The position numbers and the translations under genes are program-made. A stretch of DNA of 27,438 nucleotides. It comes from Candidatus Poseidoniales archaeon. GTDB taxonomy: Archaea > Thermoplasmatota > Poseidoniia > Poseidoniales > Poseidoniaceae. The stretch covers positions 1-27,438 of the forward strand of contig DUCL01000092.1 in assembly GCA_012959845.1 (NCBI GenBank), read 5' to 3'. Positions 1 through 8,841 of this stretch are shown here, in pieces (position 1 is the stretch's first letter; the number at the start of each line of letters is the position of its first letter). The notes below the pieces were generated by a model that ran no database searches, was not told the origin of the DNA, and worked only from the letters and a program-made list of their open reading frames with translations.

Positions 1-3000
1 GCCTGTTCCTTGTAAGTGAAATTAAGTCTTGGTCTGCTATCAACATCTGCGGATTCACTACTGTGTAATGCATAAGACCCCATCGCGGTTGTTCCATCTT
101 GCTCACCTTGGAGAATTAGAGAGATTGTACTTTGACCATTCTGAATTGCTGCTTGAATCGCAGCAGTCATGTTCCAAATGACTATGTCAGTAGAAGAACT
201 AATCCATTCACCTTCTGTAAATGGGATGTCACTATCAGCACTTTGATGTGCCCCCGGTGCTAACCAATTTACTGTAGATGATGCACCGACCCATTGAGAA
301 GATTCATTCCAATAAGTATTCATCACTGATACTGAAGTATATACTGAACCTGAACCAGAAGCAACTGTCATTTCTAAAGTAGCGTTTTGAATCTCATAGG
401 CACTTGGTAGAGGAAGGACTCCTAGATCAAACGAAATAAGTGTGTTAGCATAATGATTATTTGACAAAGAACTTCTTCCAACATGCAGTACTCCAGCATT
501 GCCAAAACTATTGAACCGATTACCGCTATCAAGGTAGGTATCTTCCGTAATTGCAGGATATCCTAATGGCTCCACATATGCACCTTCTTGAAGCGATACC
601 CATGCTGTAGTTGAATCAACTTCGCCACTCTTTTCCTCCGGAATATGGAATACTGTAGAGGTACTACGTGGACCGAACATCTCATCCACAATTGGTTGTA
701 CCATCCAACGTACTTCGCGGGTATGACTAATGTCAGTTCCAGGTGTGAATGTAAGGTTTGTTAAGTCAAATAATTGCGGATGTGTCCTAGAATCATATGT
801 GGTTAACCCTTCCATTTCCTCGTTTGCATCAGCCATAATGTGAATTCTCCAATCATCAATATTTGCTGAATTAGAATGAGTCCAAGACATAGTTGGTTTG
901 TATTCTGGTATTACTGCATGAGAAGACGTATTCCAAGTAATCATGTTATTGATAGGGCCAGTATTGCTTCCTGCCACTGTTGGTATTGTAGCACTACCAT
1001 TAGTCCAAGTCAAATTAAGCCATGGTTTGTCTGATGAAGTACTATCCGTTGAAATAAATTGAACATAATCTTGAGTCACTGTTGAAGATGCATAAATCAT
1101 CAATGATAGTTCGCTAGAACCGGCGGCTTGTGCTGCTTGTATTGCTTCAGTAACATCCCAAGTCATCCAATCAGCAGACACACTGTCTTGAATATCTACA
1201 TAATTTCCAACATCTAAACCGATATGCCTTCCACCTAATGCTGACCAATTGTTAAGTCCATCATATGTTGTGTCATTTGCGTCTGCATTCCAATTTTGCA
1301 GAACTGGCCTAATTGCTAATGGCTCGCCAATCGCTGAACCAAATAATGAGTATAGACTCAAATCTGCATTTGTGATTCTTGCATTACTCGGATTTGGTAA
1401 TTGATTGAGTGGTATTTTTATCAATCCTGCAGACTGATATCCTGATGACATTTCCCCAACATAAATGTAACCCGACGCATCATATGTTGAACTTGAACCA
1501 CTTCCACCTTCGAGCACATATGTGTCTGTGAAATCGGGAATGTTGAGTGCTGGCATTGCCTTTCTGTGACGCAATTCTACTGCTGCACTCTCTGAATCAA
1601 TAGACCAAGTAGTAATATCTGGTAAAAGGAAATTAAAAGTTTGAGACCAATTACCAAGTTGGTTGGTTGTGGAAATTGCTCTTACTCTCCAATACCAAGT
1701 AGTAGCATTATCCAAATTACTTGAAGGCGTAAATGTGAGGTTTGTTGTATCGAAACCAGAATCTAACCATGATGTAATCATCAATAGATCTGGAGAACTG
1801 AATGATGTAGACTTGTCCAATTGGACTGCCCAGCCACCAATACTCATGCTACCATTGAACGTCCATCCTAATTCGGGTCGATGTTCAGGTGCGGTCTCAA
1901 TGCCTGGGGTAATAGACCAAGAACCATTCAATGGAGTGGTTGGAACTGGGTTATCCGGTAATGCGTCAGAACCTGGGACATACACAAAGGAAAGTTGTGG
2001 CCTATAACTCTCTGTAGAAGTAGAACCAGGATATATCATCATATCACGGTCACTACCAGTTCCAACACCAGTCACACCAATGAGGAAATCCACAGCCCTA
2101 TCTTCGCGCATTGCATTTTGAACACCTAATGTCACATTCCATTCAACAGTATCACCTGCTGTATAGGAACTGCCAATTGTTGCTGAATCGATAAGAGACC
2201 CTCTCTCCCAACCCTTTGCACCAGCTAATCCCCAATTGTTGACCCCATCGTATGTTGTCCAAGTTGCATCTTCTGCTGACCAATTATGCTGCCTACTTTC
2301 CCAAACGGCAACATTTGGTGAACCAAGTGGGTAATCTGCTAATTTAACGCTTAAATGGGCAGACTCAACTGCATAGCCATTTGGCAATAAATTAGCAACA
2401 AGATTGCAATTAAACAGTACGCTTGTTTCACTAGGCCAAGTGTTGTATGAAATTTGCATTTCTGTTTCACCATCATAGTTGGTATTTGGAGAGCCACTGT
2501 CAATGTATGTGTCGTCACATTCTGGGTAAAGGCCATCGGTAGTTCCATTTCCATCTCTGAGTCTAAACTCATATCTATCATCTCCCAACCAAGTGCTTGA
2601 TAATCCACTTACTAGGAAATTGGAATAACTCCATTCACCTCGTAGTCCATCGTTGTCAACATGTGACATTCTCCAGAAATACATATTTCCAGTAGTTAAT
2701 TCATCAACTCCAGTTAAGTTGAAAATTCCTTGGCTAGAAGTGAAGTTTGAATCTGTTCTAGTATCTACTTGGTTTACTATATCGCGGAAAAATTGGTCGG
2801 TTGCTATTTGGAATAATATGTCATATGATGTACTTGGAGGAAGAGGAGGGCTTGAACTAGCCCAAGTAAGAGAAGGAGTTGAATTTCCGGATAGATTGTG
2901 CCCTACTTGGTCCCATACCGCTTTTCCTTGCTCTGGTCCGGTTAGTGTAGGTGTACCAATTGTAGTGTTAGAACTCCAACTATATGTTAATTCAAAATTT

Positions 3001-4628
3001 GGCTTCTTAGCATCGTCACTACTCTCTGATGAATAGAAATTGATTCCTTGTAATCCGCTAGATGAATATGACCCAGTATCACTTCGACCAATCACCATGA
3101 AATCCTTGGAGCCTGAAGCACCATCTCGAATCCATCCCTGAATTGCATCAGTGATTTCAAAGGATTTATCTGTTGAAGATGATGTACCGACCATCGTGTC
3201 GCTAGAAACTGAAAGCAAACCTCTTCCCCCATCATCCCATAGTGTTGATGAATCAGAACGTCTCCAAGTTGTATCATCTTCAACCCAAACACCTTCAGTA
3301 TTCACTTCATGAATAGACAATTCCGGCGCACCTGAAGTTGAAAATCTAGTTAAATTAATTTCCGCACTTTGTATTGTTGCATTACTATGCAATCCAATTT
3401 GGTCTAAATGTAATCTCATATGAACTAATGATTCTTTGTTGGTTGACATCATTACTTCCATTTTATCATTTGAACCAAATTTCTGATTGATGGAACGTTG
3501 GTCAACTTGTGCATCCTCAATGAAATCATCAGTCAAGCCCATGTCATCTGCATCAATTTCAATCGTTGCAGTACCGTCGCCATTATCGGTAACCAATAAT
3601 GTAGGTAGCAAGAAATAACTATCATTCCAATCGCTAAGAGTATCAGTAGAATCAATCGAACGCACACGGTAGAAAACCACTGAGCCATTGGATAATTCAT
3701 CCCCACTTGGGACGACAAAGGTTCCAGACCCGCTAGATGTTGAGAAAGAATTTTGCATTGTGCTATAATGCCATGAAAGGTCTGCAAATGCCTTGAAGTC
3801 TGGATCCAATGATAATTGGAATTCCACACCATCGCCCACCAATGAGTTGTAGGATAATGTTGGGTTCTTTTCCGCCATTAGGATGAAATCTCCAGTCATC
3901 AATGCCGCACCTTCTTCAACGAAATCTGCTGAAACACTTCCGCCATTGCCGGCTGCTGAGGATGATGTGTCCAATATTAGAGATGGTCTGTCGGCTATTA
4001 TAGTTGAATCATTCATGGCACAGGAATATTCTTCCCCCTCAGACGCGATTAAGAGTTCAAGTGTGTTTTGATTACTAGAAGCTGCTTGCTGTGCATGTGC
4101 GGTGACATTTATCAGCATTGTTCCATTTGCTGCTGCACGGTGTGGCGGTTCCCAAACACCACGCTCAGTTGAACCATCAGCACCAGGTGAATTCCACAAA
4201 ACATTTGTTGCAGAATTCATCCATGTAACCTCGGATACATTCCATGAAGAAGTGATTGCTGCTGAATAGATAGCGATATCGGTAGAACCTGTTGCATCAC
4301 TCCCACACTTCAAACTCAATGTTGCAGAATGGATTGTATCGGTAGAGCCAAAACTCATATTGAAACTGAACAATAAGCGTGTTGGAGAACTAGTTCCTCC
4401 CTCGAGTGTACCATTTTGTGCTTGCTCAAAATTATCGGTTGGATTAAATGAATCAATGTAAGTATCTGCTGCCGGTGAGACATTAGAAATGACTCTGTTT
4501 ACTGAAGGTGAATTTTCCAATTCCTTCCATTCCGGTATTGCACTTGGCAATGCTAAATCAGCAAATAAAAATAGAACAATCAATAAAACGGCTACCGAAG
4601 TTTGTGGTTTTTTGTTATCGCGTAGCAT
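1..4628 (-). CDS. Giant secreted repeat protein, >=5 DNRLRE (CBM96/TGF-beta-propeptide-like) modules alternating with FnIII/Ig-like domains; 3'-truncated at window start
   Basis: Manually translated from ATG 4628: MLRDNKKPQTSVAVLLIVLFLFADLALPS (signal peptide-like). The frame reads open to base 1 (..SESADVDSRPRLNFTYKEQ); it is absent from the ORF track because there is no stop. Repeated DTY(I/L/V)-type motifs at ~4460, 3510, 2510, 1520, 540 and (R/K)PxL-type module ends at ~3990, 3000, 2000, 1030, 30. Confidence 0.85.
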   Translation of the reverse strand, partial: MLRDNKKPQTSVAVLLIVLFLFADLALPSAIPEWKELENSPSVNRVISNVSPAADTYIDSFNPTDNFEQAQNGTLEGGTSSPTRLLFSFNMSFGSTDTIHSATLSLKCGSDATGSTDIAIYSAAITSSWNVSEVTWMNSATNVLWNSPGADGSTERGVWEPPHRAAANGTMLINVTAHAQQAASSNQNTLELLIASEGEEYSCAMNDSTIIADRPSLILDTSSSAAGNGGSVSADFVEEGAALMTGDFILMAEKNPTLSYNSLVGDGVEFQLSLDPDFKAFADLSWHYSTMQNSFSTSSGSGTFVVPSGDELSNGSVVFYRVRSIDSTDTLSDWNDSYFLLPTLLVTDNGDGTATIEIDADDMGLTDDFIEDAQVDQRSINQKFGSNDKMEVMMSTNKESLVHMRLHLDQIGLHSNATIQSAEINLTRFSTSGAPELSIHEVNTEGVWVEDDTTWRRSDSSTLWDDGGRGLLSVSSDTMVGTSSSTDKSFEITDAIQGWIRDGASGSKDFMVIGRSDTGSYSSSGLQGINFYSSESSDDAKKPNFELTYSWSSNTTIGTPTLTGPEQGKAVWDQVGHNLSGNSTPSLTWASSSPPLPPSTSYDILFQIATDQFFRDIVNQVDTRTDSNFTSSQGIFNLTGVDELTTGNMYFWRMSHVDNDGLRGEWSYSNFLVSGLSSTWLGDDRYEFRLRDGNGTTDGLYPECDDTYIDSGSPNTNYDGETEMQISYNTWPSETSVLFNCNLVANLLPNGYAVESAHLSVKLADYPLGSPNVAVWESRQHNWSAEDATWTTYDGVNNWGLAGAKGWERGSLIDSATIGSSYTAGDTVEWNVTLGVQNAMREDRAVDFLIGVTGVGTGSDRDMMIYPGSTSTESYRPQLSFVYVPGSDALPDNPVPTTPLNGSWSITPGIETAPEHRPELGWTFNGSMSIGGWAVQLDKSTSFSSPDLLMITSWLDSGFDTTNLTFTPSSNLDNATTWYWRVRAISTTNQLGNWSQTFNFLLPDITTWSIDSESAAVELRHRKAMPALNIPDFTDTYVLEGGSGSSSTYDASGYIYVGEMSSGYQSAGLIKIPLNQLPNPSNARITNADLSLYSLFGSAIGEPLAIRPVLQNWNADANDTTYDGLNNWSALGGRHIGLDVGNYVDIQDSVSADWMTWDVTEAIQAAQAAGSSELSLMIYASSTVTQDYVQFISTDSTSSDKPWLNLTWTNGSATIPTVAGSNTGPINNMITWNTSSHAVIPEYKPTMSWTHSNSANIDDWRIHIMADANEEMEGLTTYDSRTHPQLFDLTNLTFTPGTDISHTREVRWMVQPIVDEMFGPRSTSTVFHIPEEKSGEVDSTTAWVSLQEGAYVEPLGYPAITEDTYLDSGNRFNSFGNAGVLHVGRSSLSNNHYANTLISFDLGVLPLPSAYEIQNATLEMTVASGSGSVYTSVSVMNTYWNESSQWVGASSTVNWLAPGAHQSADSDIPFTEGEWISSSTDIVIWNMTAAIQAAIQNGQSTISLILQGEQDGTTAMGSYALHSSESADVDSRPRLNFTYKEQ

Positions 4629-4833
4629 GGGACTCGTTCCTCTCACCTCGTCCCCTTTATACTGTCTTTTCCCTTAATGGTCATGAAAAACTGGTTCAAA
4701 ACGACATATTCTCCCTACGGGAGAGTAAATGATGTTAGTTGATGATATCCCCAAATATCTGGACTATATTTCTAATCATTTCAAATCTGAAGCAGGCCAA
4801 TGTTGAAGGAGGCTCGCCACAGAGGGGATACCT

Positions 4834-5793
4834 ATGAGCGACTTATGGGTTGAAAAACACCGCCCACAATCAGTTCGAGATATCCGTGGACAATTGCCCG
4901 TAGTGCAACGATTAACTATCTATTCAGCGAATAAAGAATTCCCACATTTGCTATTTGCGGGGCCTCCTGGAACTGGAAAGACCACTGCTGCCATGGCCTT
5001 GACCAAAGATGTGTTCGGAGAAGAATATCGACAGAATTTATTGGAAATGAATGCATCGGATGAAAGAGGATTGGAAAGTATTCGTACCAAGGTTAAGCAA
5101 TTCGCTAGAACTGCACCCTATGGCAGTGCAGATTTCAAAATTATTTTCCTTGATGAAGCCGATGCTTTGACCAATGACGCACAGGGTGCGCTTCGCCGAA
5201 TCATGGAACAATATGCTCAAACTTGTAGGTTCATTTTATCATGCAATTACTCTTCAAAAATCATTGAACCAATTCAGTCTAGATGCGCAGTTTTTAGATT
5301 CCGCCCACTGGCAGATTCAGCAGTGAAAAATCAAGTAATTCATGTTGCAAAGGAAGAGAAAGTAAATCTCACTGATGATGCTGCTGAAGCATTGACTCGA
5401 ATCAGTCAAGGTGACCTTCGAAAGGCGATTACTGCTCTTCAAGTTGCTGCTGCATTAGACAATGACATCACAAGAGAATTGATCTATGAAACTTCTGCTA
5501 CAGCACCACCTGAATCACTACATCAATATTTGATGGCATGTAGAGATGATGGCTTCCACGCGGCAAGGAGAAGACTGAAAGAATTACTCGACAAATATGG
5601 ACTCGCTGGAACTGACTTCGTCAACCAATTGCATCGTGAATTATATGCTGCTGATTTCCTTAGCGAATCGGCAAAATTGGATTTAACTGAATGGATGGCA
5701 GAAGTTGATTATAGATTGGTTGAAGGCGGTGGAGAACATATTCAACTCGATGCTCTAACCGCACGATTCGTCACACATCTAAAAAAGGAATGA
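4834..5793 (+). CDS. rfcS: Replication factor C small subunit
   Basis: WVEKHRP N-terminal box, Walker A GPPGTGKT, LEMNASDERG, Walker B FLDEAD, SRC motif; 319 aa. Confidence 0.97.
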   Translation: MSDLWVEKHRPQSVRDIRGQLPVVQRLTIYSANKEFPHLLFAGPPGTGKTTAAMALTKDVFGEEYRQNLLEMNASDERGLESIRTKVKQFARTAPYGSADFKIIFLDEADALTNDAQGALRRIMEQYAQTCRFILSCNYSSKIIEPIQSRCAVFRFRPLADSAVKNQVIHVAKEEKVNLTDDAAEALTRISQGDLRKAITALQVAAALDNDITRELIYETSATAPPESLHQYLMACRDDGFHAARRRLKELLDKYGLAGTDFVNQLHRELYAADFLSESAKLDLTEWMAEVDYRLVEGGGEHIQLDALTARFVTHLKKE

Positions 5794-5800
5794 TTAGATA

Positions 5801-5819
5801 TTTTCACTTTCACTTTTCC
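5801..5819 (+). terminator. Pyrimidine/T-rich archaeal terminator-like tract after rfcS
   Basis: TTTTCACTTTCACTTTTCC begins 8 nt after the rfcS stop. Confidence 0.4.
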
Positions 5820-6038
5820 AATAGGGTGTAGGGAAATGACTGGTATCAAGTCCCTTCAGCAAGGATGTATGACAGTTAAACAGCACCTAATAGATGCCGC
5901 ATGTTGGACGCCAATTGCCCCACTAATTCGTAAATACCGAATTTCAAAATTGATAGCAATTACCAATGAAAAAAGAGATATTAAGAAAATTTCAGTTATT
6001 TTAAGCACGATAATGGCGGCTCATTCAGACTTACTATC

Positions 6039-6944
6039 TTAGACTTGTACGATTTCCTTGACGATTATTAAGTTCCAGTTGTAAGTTCTATGATTTACCC
6101 AAGGGTCGCCCTGTTCAATGATTTCAACAGATATTGAATGCTTACCTTCGGGGAGGTCTGCGCCCAATTTTATTGCGAAGGGTTGGTCTTTATCGCCATG
6201 AGGGGAGAAGTTTGGAATTGTGCTATTCGTTGTTGTTGTTGAATTTAGCAATCTTTGTTCGTTATCAGTCCAAAATGAATCGGTTGCTGAAAGTTCCCTG
6301 CTTCCATTATTGTTGGTAAGTGTCACAATTACTTCTGCACCATCAGAGTTCACATTGTCTGCCAATCCGAATAACAACCAAACTTGTCCATTCAATTTAC
6401 CATTGGAATCAACAGTCCAAGTGATTGTATTTTTCTTGGTTCCGTCATCAAATAATAACTCAACCCCATCATCTGTTGCAATTGACCACTCGTTGGACAA
6501 TTGAGGGGCAACAATATCTCCAAGTGGAGGATTTACCAATAAAAATGACATCGCTAAAAAGGTGAATGTGTGCAAAAATCCTGCCTTGACCCAAGTTCCT
6601 TTGGTGAAATGCTCAAGATATTTTTCTGGCAATATTGTGCGGTGTATTTGTGGAATTAAAATCATCGCTGTTAGAGGAAGAAGATACAAAATATCGGTTT
6701 TTTCTTCGGATGTACTTGGCATCAACACATAGCGCATTAGTAGTGAAACAATTAGAGTAAATGTTAGTACAAGCCACATTGATATCGTATCTGCCTTTTC
6801 CTTCTCAGCATATTTGGCAGGGTCAAAAGGCTCTAACCCAAGATCGGCCCCACTTCGACGGATTTTCTTTTCTTTTTCTTCCCCTTCAACACGCTTTCGA
6901 CGCTCTGTTGCAGCCGCTGCCATCGCAGTGTTTAGGTCCACCAT
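6039..6944 (-). CDS. Hypothetical membrane protein (about 3-4 TM helices, charged N-terminus, extracellular Ig-like C-terminal domain)
   Basis: 305-aa ORF from TTG 6956; ATG 6944 preferred because a TTTATT box lies ~25 nt upstream. Hydrophobic segments WLVLTFTLIVSLLMRYVL, ILYLLPLTAMILIP, FLHTFTFLAMSFLLVNPP. Confidence 0.75.
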   Translation of the reverse strand: MVDLNTAMAAAATERRKRVEGEEKEKKIRRSGADLGLEPFDPAKYAEKEKADTISMWLVLTFTLIVSLLMRYVLMPSTSEEKTDILYLLPLTAMILIPQIHRTILPEKYLEHFTKGTWVKAGFLHTFTFLAMSFLLVNPPLGDIVAPQLSNEWSIATDDGVELLFDDGTKKNTITWTVDSNGKLNGQVWLLFGLADNVNSDGAEVIVTLTNNNGSRELSATDSFWTDNEQRLLNSTTTTNSTIPNFSPHGDKDQPFAIKLGADLPEGKHSISVEIIEQGDPWVNHRTYNWNLIIVKEIVQV

Positions 6945-7043
6945 ATTGACGGCCAAATGTTGGCAGTGAATAAAGGCTACAATGGACTACTCATCATAGA
7001 CGACCCGTATCATTCAAAGGGAGAGTGCGCGACGACGGGCTAA

Positions 7044-7177
7044 GCCGGGGTGGCGTAGTTGGTGGCGCGTCGGACTCATAGGGCAGCCTACAAGGCAATC
7101 GTATGACGTGCAAACAATCCCATTGTGGTGTCTGAGACATCCGAAGGTCGCGGGTTCAAGCCCCGCTCCCGGCACCA
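7044..7177 (+). tRNA. tRNA-Met(CAT), probably elongator, with 58-nt intron at canonical 37/38 (7081-7138); CCA encoded
   Basis: Acceptor GCCGGGG/CCCGGC, anticodon stem TCGGA/TCCGA, loop CT-CAT-A^A, T-arm GCGGG-TTCAAGC-CCCGC. BHB: central helix CTCA(7075-78)/TGAG(7133-36), bulges TA^G and AC^A. Confidence 0.93.
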
Positions 7178-7320
7178 AATTGAAGTTGTATTATTCTTAA
7201 TATTCAATTTGGTGACGCTCGCCGCGAGAACGGTTGTACTGATGTTTGATGTTCAGTTCTCACTTGGTTATTGTTTTAGTTTTATATTGATTACAGGCGG
7301 TTCAACTAAGCCCGAATAAC

Positions 7321-7337
7321 CCCCGCTCCCGGCACCA
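7321..7337 (+). repeat. 17-bp perfect direct repeat of the tRNA-Met 3' end (att-like)
   Basis: CCCCGCTCCCGGCACCA at 7161-7177 and at 7321-7337. Confidence 0.9.
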
Positions 7338-7445
7338 GTCAGTAGTTTTTCTAAGATTTGACTACTGTAAATTAATCTTCAAAACAACTAATGACAAGTA
7401 TTAGATTCCGATGTCTTGATGTGCCTTCACTTGATGGAGGTCTTC

Positions 7446-8804
7446 ATGGTTGATGTGCCTGACGCTGGTAGTCGCGTCCATGTAGAGGTGGAAAGTCTCA
7501 ACGGCTCCACCACTATTGAAGGAATCGTATTACCGGCAGCATCTGCAGGTCACATTACAATAAAATTAGTTAATGGATATAATGCCAGTTATTCTATTGA
7601 CTCGATTACCAGTTTAGAAGTTATTGGAAATGTCGTTGAACAGCCTTCAACAATTGAGTCTGCTCAGCCAATTGTGAATGAATCTTTACCGACTGTAAGA
7701 ATTCTACACACCGGCGGAACTATTGCCAGCAAAGTCGATTATGCAACCGGCGCAGTAGTAGCAAGATTTGAGCCGGATGAATTAATTTCATCAATACCTG
7801 AACTAAAGAATATTGCAAATATTGAAGCCATAAAATTAGGCAATATGTTTTCAGATGATATGAGACCACAACACTGGAACAAAATCATAGAAGCATCAAG
7901 GCAGGCTTTCGCTGATGGAGTTGATGGAGTTGTCATTACTCAAGGAACCGATACACTCCACTACACCGCCGCTGCTCTTTCATTTTCATGGGCAGGTTCT
8001 GGTGGCAAAAGCCCAAGGCCAATTGCCATTGTTGGCTCGCAACGCTCTAGCGATAGAGGGTCTTCTGATGCTGCTGAAAATCTACTTGCTGCTGTACATT
8101 GGGCTGCAAATGCACCCTCCCCAATCGGTGGAGCAGGGGATTCAGTAGTCGTAGTAATGCATACCAGTTCAAATGATGGGGAATGTTCAGTCTATCCAGG
8201 AATTGGCGTTAGAAAGATGCATTCAACTCGCCGAGATGCATTCAAAGGAATTAATACGCAACCTCTTGCAATAATCAGTTCTAACAATGGTAAGCCTTCT
8301 CATCAATTAAATGAAGCATATTCTGCTGAATTGGAGTTGCCAAATACGAGAACGGTGACTTCCAAACCGGACAAATATGAAACGGAGATTCGTATTCCTC
8401 AGTTCATTGCCGGACCATGGCTAATCTCAGAACACATTGATGCAATTATGAATATTGGTTGCCAAGCAATCGTAATACATGGTACAGGTTTAGGACACCT
8501 CCCAATAGATGACCCTGAAGGCGATGCTCCAGAAAATCTATTGCTTTGGAGAAGTATTACAAGAGCAGTAAATCGTGAAGTCCCCGTAGTAATTGTCAAT
8601 CAATGCATTAGCGGACCTGTTGATATGAATGTATATTCGAAAGGGCGAAAACAAATAAAAATGGGGATTTTGGGTCATGGCATTATCGCACCTCCTGAAA
8701 CGGTTGTCGCAAAGCTACACTGGGCTCTTTCTAATGGCAAAAATATCAATTCAATTATCGCCGCTGATTTATGCGGAGAGGGGCGCGCAACCCTGATGGA
8801 ATGA
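7446..8804 (+). CDS. gatD: Glutamyl-tRNA(Gln) amidotransferase subunit D
   Basis: N-terminal Sm-like domain, then asparaginase motifs TGGTIASKVDY.TGAV, GTDT, GSQRSSDRGSSDA, VRKMHSTRRDAF. ATG 7446 follows a GGAGG SD (track starts at TTG 7416). Confidence 0.95.
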   Translation: MVDVPDAGSRVHVEVESLNGSTTIEGIVLPAASAGHITIKLVNGYNASYSIDSITSLEVIGNVVEQPSTIESAQPIVNESLPTVRILHTGGTIASKVDYATGAVVARFEPDELISSIPELKNIANIEAIKLGNMFSDDMRPQHWNKIIEASRQAFADGVDGVVITQGTDTLHYTAAALSFSWAGSGGKSPRPIAIVGSQRSSDRGSSDAAENLLAAVHWAANAPSPIGGAGDSVVVVMHTSSNDGECSVYPGIGVRKMHSTRRDAFKGINTQPLAIISSNNGKPSHQLNEAYSAELELPNTRTVTSKPDKYETEIRIPQFIAGPWLISEHIDAIMNIGCQAIVIHGTGLGHLPIDDPEGDAPENLLLWRSITRAVNREVPVVIVNQCISGPVDMNVYSKGRKQIKMGILGHGIIAPPETVVAKLHWALSNGKNINSIIAADLCGEGRATLME

Positions 8805-8841
8805 GCGCACCAATCAAGAACTGACAACGGGTGGGGTAAAC

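Noticed and set aside
4710-4724. TCTCCC-TAC-GGGAGA inverted repeat in the divergent promoter region
   Set aside because: Only 6 bp arms and no second copy seen; expected by chance often enough to be unsupported.
1663-4732. Short ORFs in the track within or overlapping 1-4732 (e.g. 1663-2007, 2653-3036, 3533-3832, 4489-4677)
   Set aside because: Shadow or off-frame ORFs of the single large - strand gene starting at 4628.
5856-6008. Possible RNase P Rpp21-like small protein
   Set aside because: Initial resemblance vanished on exact translation: no two CxxC pairs, and it stops after 50 aa.
7081-7138. C/D box guide RNA inside the tRNA-Met intron
   Set aside because: CTGA is part of the BHB helix and there is no RUGAUGA C box.
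7178-7320. Intact mobile element or CRISPR between the tRNA-end repeats
   Set aside because: Only two copies, ~140 nt apart, with no integrase, transposase or spacer array; reported only as a scar.
7937-7957. GatD motif TQGTDT instead of THGTDT
   Set aside because: Catalytic Thr/Asp are retained; the His-to-Gln change is not evidence of altered function.
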